64,000 nt of DNA from Tubulanus polymorphus (Eukaryota; Animalia; Nemertea): positions 5,728,231-5,792,230 of the forward strand of contig NC_134033.1 in NCBI RefSeq assembly GCF_964204645.1, written 5' to 3'. Shown piece after piece: positions 33,701 to 45,004 of this stretch; position 1 is the first letter of the stretch, and every line of letters starts with the position of its first letter. The notes beneath the pieces were generated by a model. That model was not told the origin of the DNA. It made no database searches and worked only from the letters and a program-made list of their open reading frames with translations. The translations under genes were made by a program, and so were the position numbers.

Positions 33701-35474
33701 TTCTTCTTCTGCCACTAAGAGTTTCTTGAGATCGGATATAATGATGATCAAATTTTTTCAGTTAGGGTGGGGGTTGAAAAGAAAATGGAGTTCATTTCTC
33801 AGAAAAAGCAACAAGGCCTACGAATGCCGTAAGACGGTCCCTCTCTTCTTTTTCTGAATTTTAAAGCACTGAATTCGAAACCTGGATGCAATTTCAGAGT
33901 GGATGAGTATCCACCTTGCAGGTTTTGACAATATATGTCACGTGAAAAATGGCAACCCACAAGGGGAGGTATATGGTTTTGGACCCCGAATCGTTTGTCG
34001 AAAGACACGCTGTACGTGTCGAACCCGCAACCTGACATAAACCGCTATCCTCAGAGGCTATAGACATCAAGCGTGCCTATTCGCCTAATACTACTGTTTG
34101 CCAGATGACTATATTCTACTAAGTTACACGTATCGTCGGTTCATTTGCGTTCAAAATTAATCCATGAAACCAATCACCAATGGAAACTCAGTGTGTTTGA
34201 TAGTTGTTTCACACGTTCACAGTTTGTATCGATGTGAATATGCGTCAGACCGAGTTCGGCGTAGATGATTAAAATCAGTTGTGTTTTCAAAAAATAAGGT
34301 TCGACAGTATCATCGGTTCAATGGTCATACGAACAGCGGCATTCGAACCCGCTCTGAGACGGTCGGGAAATGCAAATTTCGAATTACGGGTTTAGCAGAA
34401 ATCAAAAGCGTCTCGATTGACGATCGTCGAAAGATAGTGTTATCTAAAGCCTTATACTGTATACTGTAATATCCGATAGGCAAACGATTCAAAACACTAA
34501 AGATAAAGCAGTTTAGTATTATTATTTGATGACGGTTTGATTTGATATGAATGTGACGGGTTAGGCAATGACCCAGACGGGTAAGTTTTCAATCTATTGC
34601 TACAATGATTGTTATTAAAGTTTCATACTGTTCCGTGCCATATTGTAACATATCTTTGTATCAACCTGTTATGCAAAATAAACTATACTATACTATACTA
34701 TAACAGTAAATAGCCAATAAAGGTCGCGTAGACATGCGATGAGTCATATGACGAAATTTATTTACATAATAGATGCCAGAAGTTTCTAAATCCCCAAATT
34801 CATATGATTTGCTGATCCGTCGAACGCAAAGATCACGTCATCTGACTACCATACATATTCGGTAATCGTGACGTCACTGAGAGTATCAATGACTCGAGAT
34901 CATTTTTTAACATCGATATCTTTTTAAATTTTTAAAGAATGAAATGAATGAATACTTTATTCTCTCAAATAACACATGCATGATAGACGTGTACGCACAC
35001 ATATAACTATATTTCGAGAAAAAGACTGCTCCAAGACGGAGATTGTGCCATTAGGGCAGATACCCTAAACTATATCATGAAAAGTATACATCATAGTATA
35101 ATTATGAAGTGTTAAGAATATGAATTTTGAGAAAACTTGGAGCACGTACCTTTGTTTATCGCCGGCATCTGTTCTACGGTTGGCGAATGTAGCGAGTTCG
35201 ACGGCGTATAGGTGGCGTGACCGGCTGCCGGAGGACTGCTCGCCGGTTTACTATGACTGTAGATGGGCGGAGTTGGCACAATTTCGTGTCCGCCGGAGGA
35301 TGCGCAGACGTCGTCACAGCCGCCGCCCGCGGTTGCAGTGCGATGAACCGGTGCCGGTGACGTCATCACCGGAGTGGTCGTCTGACGATTGAAATGATGA
35401 TGTAATTGCAGCCCGAGTATGATGGATAAAATGACCGCCACCGGCGACGAGATATTCACCTGCAACGTCGTCAT
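27798..35474 (-). CDS. GGH: Gamma-glutamyl hydrolase-like (peptidase C26), about 437 aa; exons 35474-35150, 33621-33574, 33027-32916, 32214-32079, 31244-31106, 30944-30838, 30247-30154, 28901-28764, 28012-27798
   Basis: RPVIGIL, NGLYLPGG, YFPVWATCLG (catalytic Cys), PIYAVQWHPEK (catalytic His), FFVSEARRNSHSF. Nine exons with consistent phases total 1314 nt. Confidence 0.9.
28140..28660 (+). repeat. 47-bp minisatellite; dispersed family
   Basis: Unit aacttaagaccagtctaagctcattttggttctatagccaatctaac, degenerate here. Confidence 0.8.
28971..29352 (+). repeat. 79-bp tandem repeat (about 4.5 units) derived from the GAGGAC-MITE end
   Basis: CAGRTGTCG motif at 28975, 29054, 29133, 29212, 29291. The unit contains ggattccacttgtggcaagtgagga, as in the MITE left end (about 15325-15350). 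Confidence 0.9.
29815..30032 (-). mobile_element. SINE fragment (conserved-core type)
   Basis: gccaggtacccatttactcc...gtgg block typical of invertebrate SINE cores, a B-box-like ttcgaacccc on the minus strand, and a gtaaagcgctctgag 3' motif. Confidence 0.45.
32400..32720 (-). repeat. 92-bp minisatellite array
   Basis: Reverse complement of the 16190-16550 unit; a single unit also occurs at about 30320-30420. Confidence 0.9.
33302..33477. mobile_element. ~175-bp MITE; second copy at about 51670-51840
   Basis: Inverted ends cgcacgacgcagggaaac / gtttccctgcgtcgtgcg; the homologous copy has gcgcaggggaac / gttccctgcgttgtgcg. Confidence 0.7.
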
Positions 35475-35634
35475 ATCTGACCCCACTTTCAAAGACACCT
35501 TCAGAAAAAAGGAAGAAAAAAACATGTATTATGAAATATATGCGTGAATTAGAATGAGCGTCGATACGAATATGATCGCGAAACATGGGCTACAGTGCGT
35601 GGATTCGAATGCCTAAAAATTCAATTTACAATCA

Positions 35635-35770
35635 GTTGTTTAATTGATTGATTGTTTAGTTGGTTGATTGATTGATTGATTGACTGACTGATTGATTAGC
35701 TGATTGATTGATCGATTGATTGAATTGATTTATTGATTGATTGATTTATTGAATTGATTGATTTATTGTG
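35635..35770. repeat. (GATT)n microsatellite
   Basis: Direct inspection. Confidence 0.9.
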
Positions 35771-37569
35771 AAGTACTATTGAAAAGTACAACCCTACATC
35801 GAATGCTCGTCACGCCATCTGACATGGGTGGATCCGGATTCAAAGGAAAGGGGGTGTACACTTAAGAAATTGAGGGCATTTTTCTCGGATACCCAAAGCT
35901 TCAGCGCGATAACGTTGTTCGCGTCATGCACAATGATCGTTTAGACCTTATGAATAGTTAAACTGCGTACTGATGATGGCTATCAGTTCATAGGCGAAAC
36001 GTCGTTCTAAACATATTCCTTTTTACGCAAGAACTTGAAATCTCTTTCGGCTGAAATACTGTGCGATTTATTTTTTTCGTAAAATGACAAAAAAGAGTGC
36101 CCATTTTATATCAAATTCAAACGTAAAATGTAACGATTTTTATAGCGTCAAAAACTCAAATGTCAAGACGCAAAATAACACAATAACACACCCCAAAAAA
36201 ATTAAATGATATTGTGATACATGAGTACCACCTAAAATGAGCTATTCTATATCATAATAAATGAGTTAAGAGGTAAAAAAACTTCGCAATGAGCCGCGAA
36301 AAAAGAATAAAATGTAAGTCCGACAATCGGGAAATCGAAGAAAAATTTGAAATATCGTAATTTTCCGTAAAATGAAATCCGAATTTTTGGTTTTCCATCA
36401 TCGATTGTTGGACTCATATTATAATAAATTAGTATTCTCAGATTTTTCTGAGTATCAATAGACATCACTCGGATATCTGAGTGCTAGTAGGTCAAATATT
36501 TGAAAAAATACATTAAAATCTAAATCTAAACCGCGGCTTATCTATTTCTTACATTTGTGATTGTTTTTTTTAGATTTCCAAATTCCTAAAGGAACATAAT
36601 TACAAAACCGTCACGTACCTGAAATCCTAGGCGAACGAGTCTCGATTTTAGAAACCAACTGACTCGAAAGAGGAAAATAAATCGCTATTTATATCTAACC
36701 CAAAATCGACCGGCTGTCGCCCATTCGAAATTGAAAGCACTCACGGATATAGTACGAAGAACGACTGATCACCGGGTACCCTGCGTTTGTTGTCGCAGGT
36801 TTTTAATATTGCATTTTGAATGCCGGTTCAAGAGGGAATGGCCGATGATTACCGCAAGCTTCGCGTGTAGAGCATTTTCGTTCAATAGTTTTGAAATTCA
36901 TATTTGAAATACGTATCATTTTTGCTGTGGCTCGACGGCGCTGAAGCATGTTAATAAGGTTATGATAAGCCTAGTAAATGGACTAGCAACATTCGATCGA
37001 TTTTTGAAAACTGTGGTTTAGGTTATATCTACTATTAAAAGAAATTCCCTAATGTTAATTATTTAATGGACCTCCGAAAACTATATATATATATATTAAG
37101 ATACTTTCATGAAAACCCAAACCTTCATAAACTCGCGCAGCTATTTAGTCCAAAAGACGTGTCTGTGCTGCGTAATGTATACATTTTTCTCAAGAAACTA
37201 AACGAGCTTTATCAAATCTAAGTAGATACGTTTCAACTCCGAATTTAAACCGAAATTCTTATTAACTGTAATTTGTATATAATGTATGTTACATGTGACA
37301 TAATACATTTTCTTTTTCTGTGCTGGAAATTTTGTTAAAAAAAATGGAGCAATAAAGATGATAATTATCATATATAAGATACGATCAGATCTTCTTGTTG
37401 AGATACAGAGTGTTGCCAGAAATCTAAAAGAAATTGAACGCAAGCCAACACATTTTTGAAAATACATTAATCTGACAATGTGGAACAAACAACGTTTTAC
37501 AGATGCTTCTTAGGCATTGTGCAAATATTTCTAAGCTACGTCTTAGCTATTTCTAAGCTATTTCTATAT

Positions 37570-37945
37570 GTCTAAAGTTCATTTTGGTTGTGTAGTCAAT
37601 CCAACAACTTAAGACTAGTCAAAGCTCATTTTGTTTCTATAACGAATCTAACAACCTAAGACCAGTCTAAGCTCATTTTGGATCTACAGCCAATCTAAAA
37701 ACTAAAGACCAGTCTAAGCTCATTTTGGTTTTGTAACCAATCTAACAGCTTATGACCAGTCTAAGCTCATTTTGGTTCTGTAACCGATCTAACAGCTTAA
37801 TACCAATCTAAGCTTATTTTGGTTCTATAACCAATCTAACAACTTAAGACCAGTGTAAACTCATTTTAGTTTCATAGCAAATCTAAAACTAAAGACCTGT
37901 CTAAGCTTATTCTGGTTCTACGGAGAATCTAACAACTTGATACCA
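37570..37945 (+). repeat. 47-bp minisatellite array (about 8 units)
   Basis: Period measured at 37661, 37708, 37755. Confidence 0.9.
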
Positions 37946-40089
37946 CCTCTGGGGAGTTAAAACCATTTCTTTGACCTTACTTCACGTTTCTGAACCTGAC
38001 GCAGAAAAATCACCTTGGATATACAGGATTGGTATTCATATTTACTCGTTGAAAAATCGAATACAAAACGCATACGTACCTTAATCGAGTCATTTTAGGT
38101 CAAAACGATTAATAAAACATTTTACCGTAACGCTGTAAAGTTCCGCTGTTACTACGATTTTCATATAGTCTAAATTAGTCTAATCTGCAATCGAGTTGAA
38201 ACTGAATAACGAAAATGAACAAATCTGCCTCAGCTTTTTTTAATCATCGAATTCCGTATGAATTTGAATAGAAAATGTGAAAAGCATATATTATTGTTTG
38301 TTTTGAAATATTCTATTTAGATATGAACGCGGCGCATTGTTGAAATAGTGATTATCGAAGGTTTAATAGAAGTCTACGGCGTGATTCGATAGCGGTTATA
38401 ATACAGCGGAACCGCGTTACAACCAACTCGGACGCAACGATTCATCGGATATAACAAATAAAGAATTTTTGTAATTTGAATTATTTCATACTGGATATAA
38501 CGAACCATCTGGCCCGTAACGATGATCCGCTGTATAGGCCCGGGTATCCCGGTGCAACGGTGTAACAGACCCCGACAGTCCAAAAGTAAAATCTCTGATC
38601 TGGATTCTAGGTTCGAATCCCCGGACACCGATGACATTTGGTGATATGATTACGCCCGATTTAAGCTATTGATAAACCTTCCAGAGCCAAAGCCAGATCC
38701 AAAGCCAAATTTTTATCCATTTACCTTCATATTTAATAATTACACTTACTTTAGGGGTACCATTTTGAGCTCGGCCGTAAAATTTTTTTTCGCCCACATT
38801 TTTTCCCTAAAAAATTCCGAATTTTTGAATTTCAACTTAAATTTTTAAGTCCTAAACCATGCTTAGTGCCTTACTACGCCTAATAACGACAATGTAGCAT
38901 GTACTGACTAGACGCAATGGACAAAGAATTTTCTAATCACTTTGAAAAATTGAGAAATTTTGAGTTAATTGGAACTAGATTTTAGGTCACAGTACCGTCA
39001 GAAGCTATCCCCGTAGTGTTGCACACAAGTGCGATAGATGGCAGCACAGTATGGTACGGAATACTGTAACTTGGATCTTAGCGTAGTAAAATGTGTTTCC
39101 TACGAATGTGACCTCATTTTTGAATCGGTACAGAGGGCTGTACCCGGGGTCCGTAGAGGTTTTAAAAGAATAATTTCAGATGAAAAAAGCAAATTCCTCG
39201 ATGTTTCTCCCTATGGCGTCATCAAATCGTCAACTGATCAAATCGATCCGCAATACGAAAATAAGATGCAATTCAAAATCGATATTCAGCCATAGTTTAA
39301 TAATGATAATGTGAAGTCATAGGGTGAGTATATTGAATGGAGCGAATTTTTGGGAGGATTTTTCGAAAGTTTGAATCTTAACTGACGAATCTCAATTTGA
39401 AAATCTAAACATCAACCGTCACTTAGCGCCGTTAGGACTGGTTACATGATAAATACAACACGCGCCGGGATTTTGTAACTGTGGGTAAAACAACAGATTG
39501 CGCAAACAACAGCGAAGCAAATACTAACAATTTTAATATAGTCGATATAGAAATAACGATATAAACGTCAGCGTAAGAGAGGCTGACACTGGCCGAAAGG
39601 TTCAGACCACCGTTCGGCTGGTCTCTTCAATCCTGCCTTAAGATTAGGATCAGGATTAGGATTAGGATTACATTTACACTCTAATCATTTCTATGGTACA
39701 TGGAGGGAGACTTATATAAAGTATACAATATTTACAATTAACAAAATATAAACTTGTCTTAATAAGAATTAACAAAGTCATTAACAATATGTGATACACT
39801 ATTTTAGATAGAAAGGTATGTAGCGCCTAAACTATGATAATTAAAGCGCCAATGCACAGGGTGGGTTCAAATCCTGGTGCTAACAGGTTCTTGGTCGAGG
39901 TTAGAAAACTGCGAAAATGTCGGTTTCGCTTTCGGCCGATTCTGACAAATCGTAATCATCAAAACCTCAAATCGTTCGTGGACATCACGAAGGTATTTAT
40001 ATTGCTCGAGTCAATCGGCTTCGAAAGTTGGATTTCTTAATTCACTATATGAACGAAGTCATCGGGCAGGTCCTGCGTTATTCGTAAAT

Positions 40090-40495
40090 AATCATAATTT
40101 TACAGAATCTTTGAAGTCATTGGGAATAAGAAGGTCGTCAGTGATAGCAAATTCTGATCACAATTTTACGTAACATTTCGAGTAATCGAGAATGAGAAAG
40201 TCTTTATCAGTAATTCGTCATAATTGCATTGAATCCTCGAAGTTATTGAGAATGAGAAGGTCGTCGTTAAAAACTAATCATAATTTGACTGAATCGTTGA
40301 AAGTTACCTAGATTGAGATGGTCGTAACTAGTCACAATCTAATCGAATCTTTGAGGCCAATGAGAATGAGAAAGTCGTTACTAGTAACTAATCATAATTT
40401 TACTGAATAGTTGAAGTTATCGAGAATGAGAAGGTCGGCACAAGCTACTAATCATTGTTTCATTGAATAGTTGAAGTAATCGAGAATGAAACGGT
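40090..40495 (+). repeat. ~60-bp degenerate tandem repeat
   Basis: Recurring gaagttatcgagaatgagaaggtcgt...aatcataatttt. Confidence 0.8.
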
Positions 40496-40924
40496 TATTT
40501 CGCATTGCATGCGCTTGCTCTGCACATATCCACGTTTTCGCATACCACGCGGTATCTGCTATTCATACATAGGAGCCTCGCAGTTTTATTGTTTTAATAC
40601 TGTTTACAGTTCTGCTGAAAGTTCGCTGTTTTAATCGAGGGTATAAAATGTTTGGAATTACTCCAAAATGTGCCCGGTAATTGTAATTCATATGTATTTA
40701 CTCGGCAAGTCTGCACTACGTGTTAGGTAAAAGGGTATAATCAAACTACTTAACAGCATCTTAGAAACAATCGTGTTTAGATGAATTAATTTTATATATA
40801 AGATCAAATGCCGGGAAAGAGTCTCGGAAAAAGAATTCGGCAGAATTCGTGCCTTTACTCCGGGTAAGATACCGGTGAAAATTCCAATGGGTAAAAAAAG
40901 TGAAAAAAATTGAACCTTCGAAAG

Positions 40925-41292
40925 GTTGTGAAATACAGCAGATTCTGTTTTTTTTTCGTGGCAAAGTTGAGACTGGTCAAATTCACACAGTACCGAGTAT
41001 ATAAGTTAGATTCCGTCTCTTACTGCGGTCACGTTAAGACTCGTAAAAATCTACCCCGAGTTGATGTCAAATACTGAGTAAGAGTTTGTGAAATATAGCT
41101 GGACTCTGTCTGTTAATGCGGTAAAGTTGAGACTGGTTAAATTCTACCCCGAGTTGATGTCAAATAATGAGTTTGTGAGATACAGTAGACTCTTTCTCTT
41201 ACTGTGGCTAAGTTGAGACTGGTAAAATTCTACCCCGAGTTGGTATCAAATACTGAGTAAGTGTTTGTGGAATACAGTAGACTCTGTCCTTT
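40925..41292 (-). repeat. 92-bp minisatellite array
   Basis: Same family as 16190-16550. Confidence 0.9.
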
Positions 41293-42245
41293 ATTCGCTT
41301 GAGTTCGGAGCTTGATACCAAGACTTCGAGTTTAGAATGAGGAATAAAGGACTCGTTACTTTTGGTGTCCATATACAAGTGTTTTTTATATCAATCGAGT
41401 CAATACCAACAATAAAACAAAAAAGAAAATAAACCAGAAGAGAACGTAACATTTCGACTGGCGTTTTCAAAATGCCTCATACTCGAAACGGCAGATTCTT
41501 CTCCCGTTTATTGTTTGTTCTGATTTTAGTGTTGGTTTTTCACTGTTCTTACTACACCCCTCCAGTTGGGTTTGTTCTTTCGAGTTCGAAAACCGAACGT
41601 GAAACAGTTTGAGAAATAGACGGTATATATAGCGTCGAGCATGGCTGGGAAAATTCTTCCCTATAGTTGGCCAAACGCCGAAAATATGTACGCATATGAG
41701 TTCAGTAAAAATAAAAACAAATTTTCACCGGATTATGTTTTAGGGCGAAACTTGCTACAAGATATTTACTGGCTTAATTGTATCTCGGTCGGGAGAGAGC
41801 AAGGTAAGCAAGGGGAGGGGAGTCTAAGGTTCAGTAATTTATATCTTTTGTTTAGCGAGCCGACTAAATACGCGTAACTGTAAATTAGTTGGCGGATAAA
41901 AAAGAAAAACGATAAGAAACAAACGCTTCCTTTTTCGCCAACAGAGCAGACGATTTCTCATCAAATATACGCGGTATAAATATAACTTATTGTTTAGTCG
42001 AGGAATAACTCACGTTCGTTAATGGAAGATTTAGAAGGGGTTCGTATTGTATAATATATACGTCTTATCGGTGAACCTGCTAGCGAAACGATACGTTATT
42101 AGAGCTATATGGCTTCCGCGCTCTCTCCACCTGGCGAGGCGCATCTTGATATAAGGTTCAAAATATGAATTCCTTTATATACAAAAATGTATACGCAACT
42201 GATGTTAGAGGCCTGTACGCATTCAAACACGGCTTTAGGTTCTTT

Positions 42246-42533
42246 AAGGCCGCGATCGCGCAAGCGTTTCGGCCCTGGTCAAATTTGGCCCGTGCCTAAT
42301 TTTGCCCAACCGGAAAGGTCGGACCAGGCCCGATCCAAATTTAGCAAGGGACGATTGCGCTTGAATAAAAACTAGATCCGGAAATGAATAACTTTGCTTT
42401 GTTTAAGCATTGTTTGGCATCGGGTGAGTGGTTTGCGTGTGGACACGCTCTGATTAGGCACGGGCCAGATTTGAATCGGGTCTGATCTGTGTCAATCTGG
42501 CCCGGTTCAAATCGTCACCGTGTGATCGCGGCT
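42246..42533. mobile_element. MITE with PIF/Harbinger-like termini
   Basis: GGCCGCGATCGC left and GTGTGATCGCGGC right; internal inverted pair tggcccgtgcctaat / attaggcacgggcca; TAA at the left flank. Confidence 0.55.
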
Positions 42534-42619
42534 GTAGTCTGGACCGATGCCTGCAGCAATCGTGCAACGTAGTTCCACAGTGTTGGTCCTGGAGTGCATA
42601 AGGTAAACGGATGTCAAGT

Positions 42620-42930
42620 TCAACCAAAACCACATGACTATGGAATTGGACCGAGAGTCAAAACCCACACAACTGCGGAACTTGGTCAAGAGTCAAATTA
42701 AACCCACACAACTGTGGAGCTTGGTCCAAAGTCAAATTAAACCCACACAACTGTGGAATTGGACCCAGAGTCATATCAAACCCAGTCAACAGTGCAACAT
42801 GATCCAGGGTCAAATTAAACCCGAACAACTGTGGAACTGGATTGAGAGTCAAACCCACGCAACTGGGGAACTTGATCCAGAGACAAAAACCCACACAACT
42901 TTGGAACTGGGTTCAAAGGCAAATCAAACG
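42620..42930 (+). repeat. 39-bp minisatellite array (about 8 units)
   Basis: Period measured 42661 to 42700; reverse-strand arrays at about 45540-45705 and 46335-46520. Confidence 0.9.
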
Positions 42931-43794
42931 CACAGATACGGAACGAGATGAGGCATTTGGTGCCTCTGATTATAATTATTTTCCTCTCGTTGCGGAGGGT
43001 GTATATTTTCTCTATCAGTACACGACGCACTTTCACTGACCCGACGCGTGTGAAAAATACGTGGATTGTATTTCATGCAGATACTAATAACATCGAATAA
43101 CAAAAGTCTCTCTAGCAAAACATGAATTGCACAGTCTATAGAAAAAATTCGAATGCTACAAAAGAATTATAATTGTAATAATGCTGCGGGGCGATCTTTC
43201 CAAATTGATAGTTTGTCTTGTTTGTTTGGCACATGGACCAAGTTTTACAGTTCGGATAAAAATTTCATTGATTCTGTATGGATAATGCATGGAAGATCAA
43301 CACATCTTCATCGATTTATCGTGATTGGCGACCCCTCTGGCGCTCAATCTTAAACTTAGGCGGTTGAAGATCAGTGGTCAGGATTGATATTCAAAAAGTC
43401 TCAACGCAACCCCAAAATGCAAGTTACGCTCTAACCCATGGAATAATGGGAAATATAACTTTAAGAGATAATTAGGTATTTCAAGAATAATTAAATTCGC
43501 GATTTTTTCACGCGAGATTAAAATACGCGGTCATTGGTTACAAATCGTGGCTGTTCTCAGCTATTGTGTTCGAAGAACCTAAGAATTATCGCAAAATATC
43601 TCCATTTCTTTCCTTTAGAATTGTGCATAAATCAACTTCATCGAGCAAGGGACTATACAGCTAATGAAAGAGTCATAAGGAATCTTTGAAACTAACTCCT
43701 CAAAAATGTCACGTTTTGCGGTCTCAAATCTTAAGACTGGTCTTAACTTGTTAGATTTGCCATATAGACTAGTTTTGAATGTGTTCAACTGGTC

Positions 43795-44260
43795 TGAAGA
43801 TTCAAACACATGAACCCCGGATTGACGAGAGACCAATGAAAGCCCGACTGACTGCTGCCACCAGGATTAAAAAGACATGAACCCTGGATTGACGAAAAAC
43901 CAGGGAAAGATGGACTGACTGAGCTACGTACCAACAGTATCACAGACTTGATCCCTGATAACGAGAGACCAAGTAAAAGATTGACTGACCGCTACCACCA
44001 GAATTCAAACACATAAACACTGGATTGATGAGAGACCAGTACGTGAAAGAGTGAGCGAAACAATCGGGACTCGAACCCACGATCGATAGACCAAGCTAAG
44101 ACAATCGATATAGACCAAGTAAAAGCTTGACTGACTGCTAGAACCAGAATTCAAACACATAAACACTAGATTGTTGAAAGACCAGTACGTGAATGACTGA
44201 GCGAAACAATCGGTACTCGAACCCACAATCGATTTACTCGGATCAATGACCCTGGCAATG
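43795..44260 (+). repeat. Composite tandem repeat (~63-bp units plus a longer duplicated block)
   Basis: Recurring ttcaaacacatgaaccctggattgacgagagacca and gactgactg; gagcgaaacaatcgg.actcgaacccac occurs twice. Confidence 0.75.
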
Positions 44261-44914
44261 GATGTTACCAAAAGGTGCATTAAATGTAATCATTTTAATT
44301 TCAAATCTCAATATATTCATATCTCGAGTATAGTTAAGGGGATGGTTTTGTATGTATATGTCGAATGCTACGTTTTACGTAGTTTTAAGATCGACCTTAG
44401 ATGCTCTGTTCAACAACGGGAGCAAGAAGTTTTTAAAGTACAGTTTCATGCACGCGTTCGGTCGCTGGGTATTTCTGCGTCTCGCTAAAACCGTCCACAC
44501 AAGCGGTTAAAAGGTAAAACCTTCTTTTAGCGCAGCTGTTGCCAATGCCGCGCACCCGCCGTAGCAGCTCCCCAGGGTAACAATTACGAGATACATATAT
44601 TTATATACTCAGGCGCGTTGAAAGTAAATACCCTATAGGATGAGAGCGCGCCAACTTGTGTATCTACATAAGACATCTTTCCCGTACATACATATTTATA
44701 AATGCCAGTATAAAAAGAACGCCGTAATCATATACAACCAGATACACTAGAGCCGAATCAACGTCAGCGAACCGTACGAACTATACCGAGGATTAGTTAA
44801 CTTACTTCCCCCCTCTGTTCTCGAAGAGCTAGTGCAGCGCCACCGCGGCCGGCAACGCGAGAAAATATATATATAAATATAGATATACCGAACATCTTAT
44901 ACGTATCTTCCGTC

Positions 44915-45004
44915 CAGAAATATATATTCGCGCAGTATCCCGCATCAGTTTGCATTCAGCGAAACCAGGTTGCTGCTATTCACATCGCTACAGTTCGCGT
45001 CCAG
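44915..45004 (+). promoter_or_regulatory. Putative TATA + Inr promoter and non-coding first exon of the EF-hand gene
   Basis: TATATATT at 44921, TCAGTT initiator at 44945-44950 (about 26 nt spacing), donor CAG|GTTAGT at 45004/45005, and a matching acceptor at 49079. Confidence 0.5.

Noticed and set aside
10198-35474. Functional cluster of secreted enzymes (laccase, astacin, GGH)
   Set aside because: Unrelated families in mixed orientations; adjacency alone does not support co-function without synteny or co-expression data.
39640-39672. (TTAGGA)n telomere-like tract
   Set aside because: Only about 5 units, interstitial and not TTAGGG; more likely a microsatellite or retroelement tail.
42634-42951. 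Repetitive ORF (QIKPTQLWN)n, also 24455-24637 and 29006-29242
   Set aside because: These are translations of minisatellites that occur in both orientations within introns and intergenic DNA; the 39-bp period keeps the frame open by arithmetic.
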